In this document: positions 63,400 to 64,000 of the stretch, in pieces
Position numbering within the stretch: the first letter of the stretch is position 1
Layout of the letters: every line of letters begins with the position of its first letter
Assembly (NCBI GenBank): GCA_036172245.1
Contig: JAYWIR010000046.1
Location: forward strand, 124,001 to 188,000
Length of the DNA: 64,000 bases
Reading direction: 5' to 3'
DNA from: Raillietiella orientalis
Taxonomy: Eukaryota
The notes under the pieces: model-generated
Told to the model about the DNA's origin: nothing
The model's input: only the letters and a program-made list of their open reading frames with translations
Database searches by the model: none
Program-made: the position numbers and the translations under genes

Positions 63400-64000
63400 A
63401 CAGATTACTTCTCAAGTCAATTGTATAGGTTGTGTAACCAATGGAAGACGCATCGGATCCTTTTTTAAAAGGTGCAGCTGGCATACTGTCCACGTAAACG
63501 GAATTACAAGAAACAGCTATCACTAGCTCTATCGTTTTTCCCCCCTTGGTTAGGATTCAGTGCAAATCTACGGATGTTGTGATGAGCGAACAAACACAAG
63601 CTCCTAAACATTCCAAGATAAAAGTTTTATCTTGGAATTATCTTCTATTAAAACAGCTGCTCCAAAAACCCAAAATCACGTATTCTTCAGTGGTTTTGTT
63701 TTTTGAAAGAGCAACGGGCCTCGCTGAGGAAATGCCCCTTCCGAGTGCTGGGGCGCTCACCGCAGAGCTCGTCGTACACGCAGCATGCGTTCCCACATTT
63801 GCATTCATTCCGTCCAGCCACGTGCAAAAGCGGAAGGGAAATTGCTGGGAGGAGTAAGATCGCAGTCCACAAGGATGGGGGAAAAAACGCAGATCAGGTT
63901 GAGTCATTTTTAAAACTGCCGCAGAGAAATGGAACTTACGGCCAATGGGAGGGAAAACAGAGATACAAAAAGTGGTTGAAAGTTTGCCAATGAAATAATT
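63400..64000 (+). mobile_element. Possible LINE relic (ORF1 knuckle trace and start of APE endonuclease)
   Basis: Cys-rich trace near 63420-63500, then KIKVLSWN (cf. LKILSWN) and SKIAVHK; degraded. Confidence 0.25.

Overview
Eukaryotic genomic DNA from an ecdysozoan, most likely an arthropod. It is AT-rich with very short spliceosomal introns (about 38-55 nt), so the supplied single-ORF track is mostly uninformative and genes were rebuilt by hand-splicing. Seven recognisable protein-coding genes: the 5' end of unc79 (minus, runs off the left edge), EXOC4/Sec8 and MAK16 (plus, 176 bp apart), CDT1 (minus), an SLC13/INDY-family transporter (plus, 11 coding exons), an intronless LAMTOR5 (minus) and the glial homeobox gene repo (minus). 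Intergenic and intronic DNA is largely decayed retroelements (L1/Tx1, BEL/Pao, Ty3/gypsy, other LINEs). Most notable observations: (1) an ~860-bp TSD-flanked, tRNA-headed SINE-like element whose body is an array of about 12 related bulged hairpins; (2) a nuclear insertion of Wolbachia-like DNA joining TenA and VirB2 fragments; (3) an operon-like EXOC4-MAK16 junction with no CpG-bearing promoter; (4) a sharp ~10-kb GC/CpG-rich domain that splits the SLC13 gene into GC3-rich and GC3-poor halves; (5) a possible second cistron downstream of LAMTOR5. All homology calls come from recalled motifs, not database searches.
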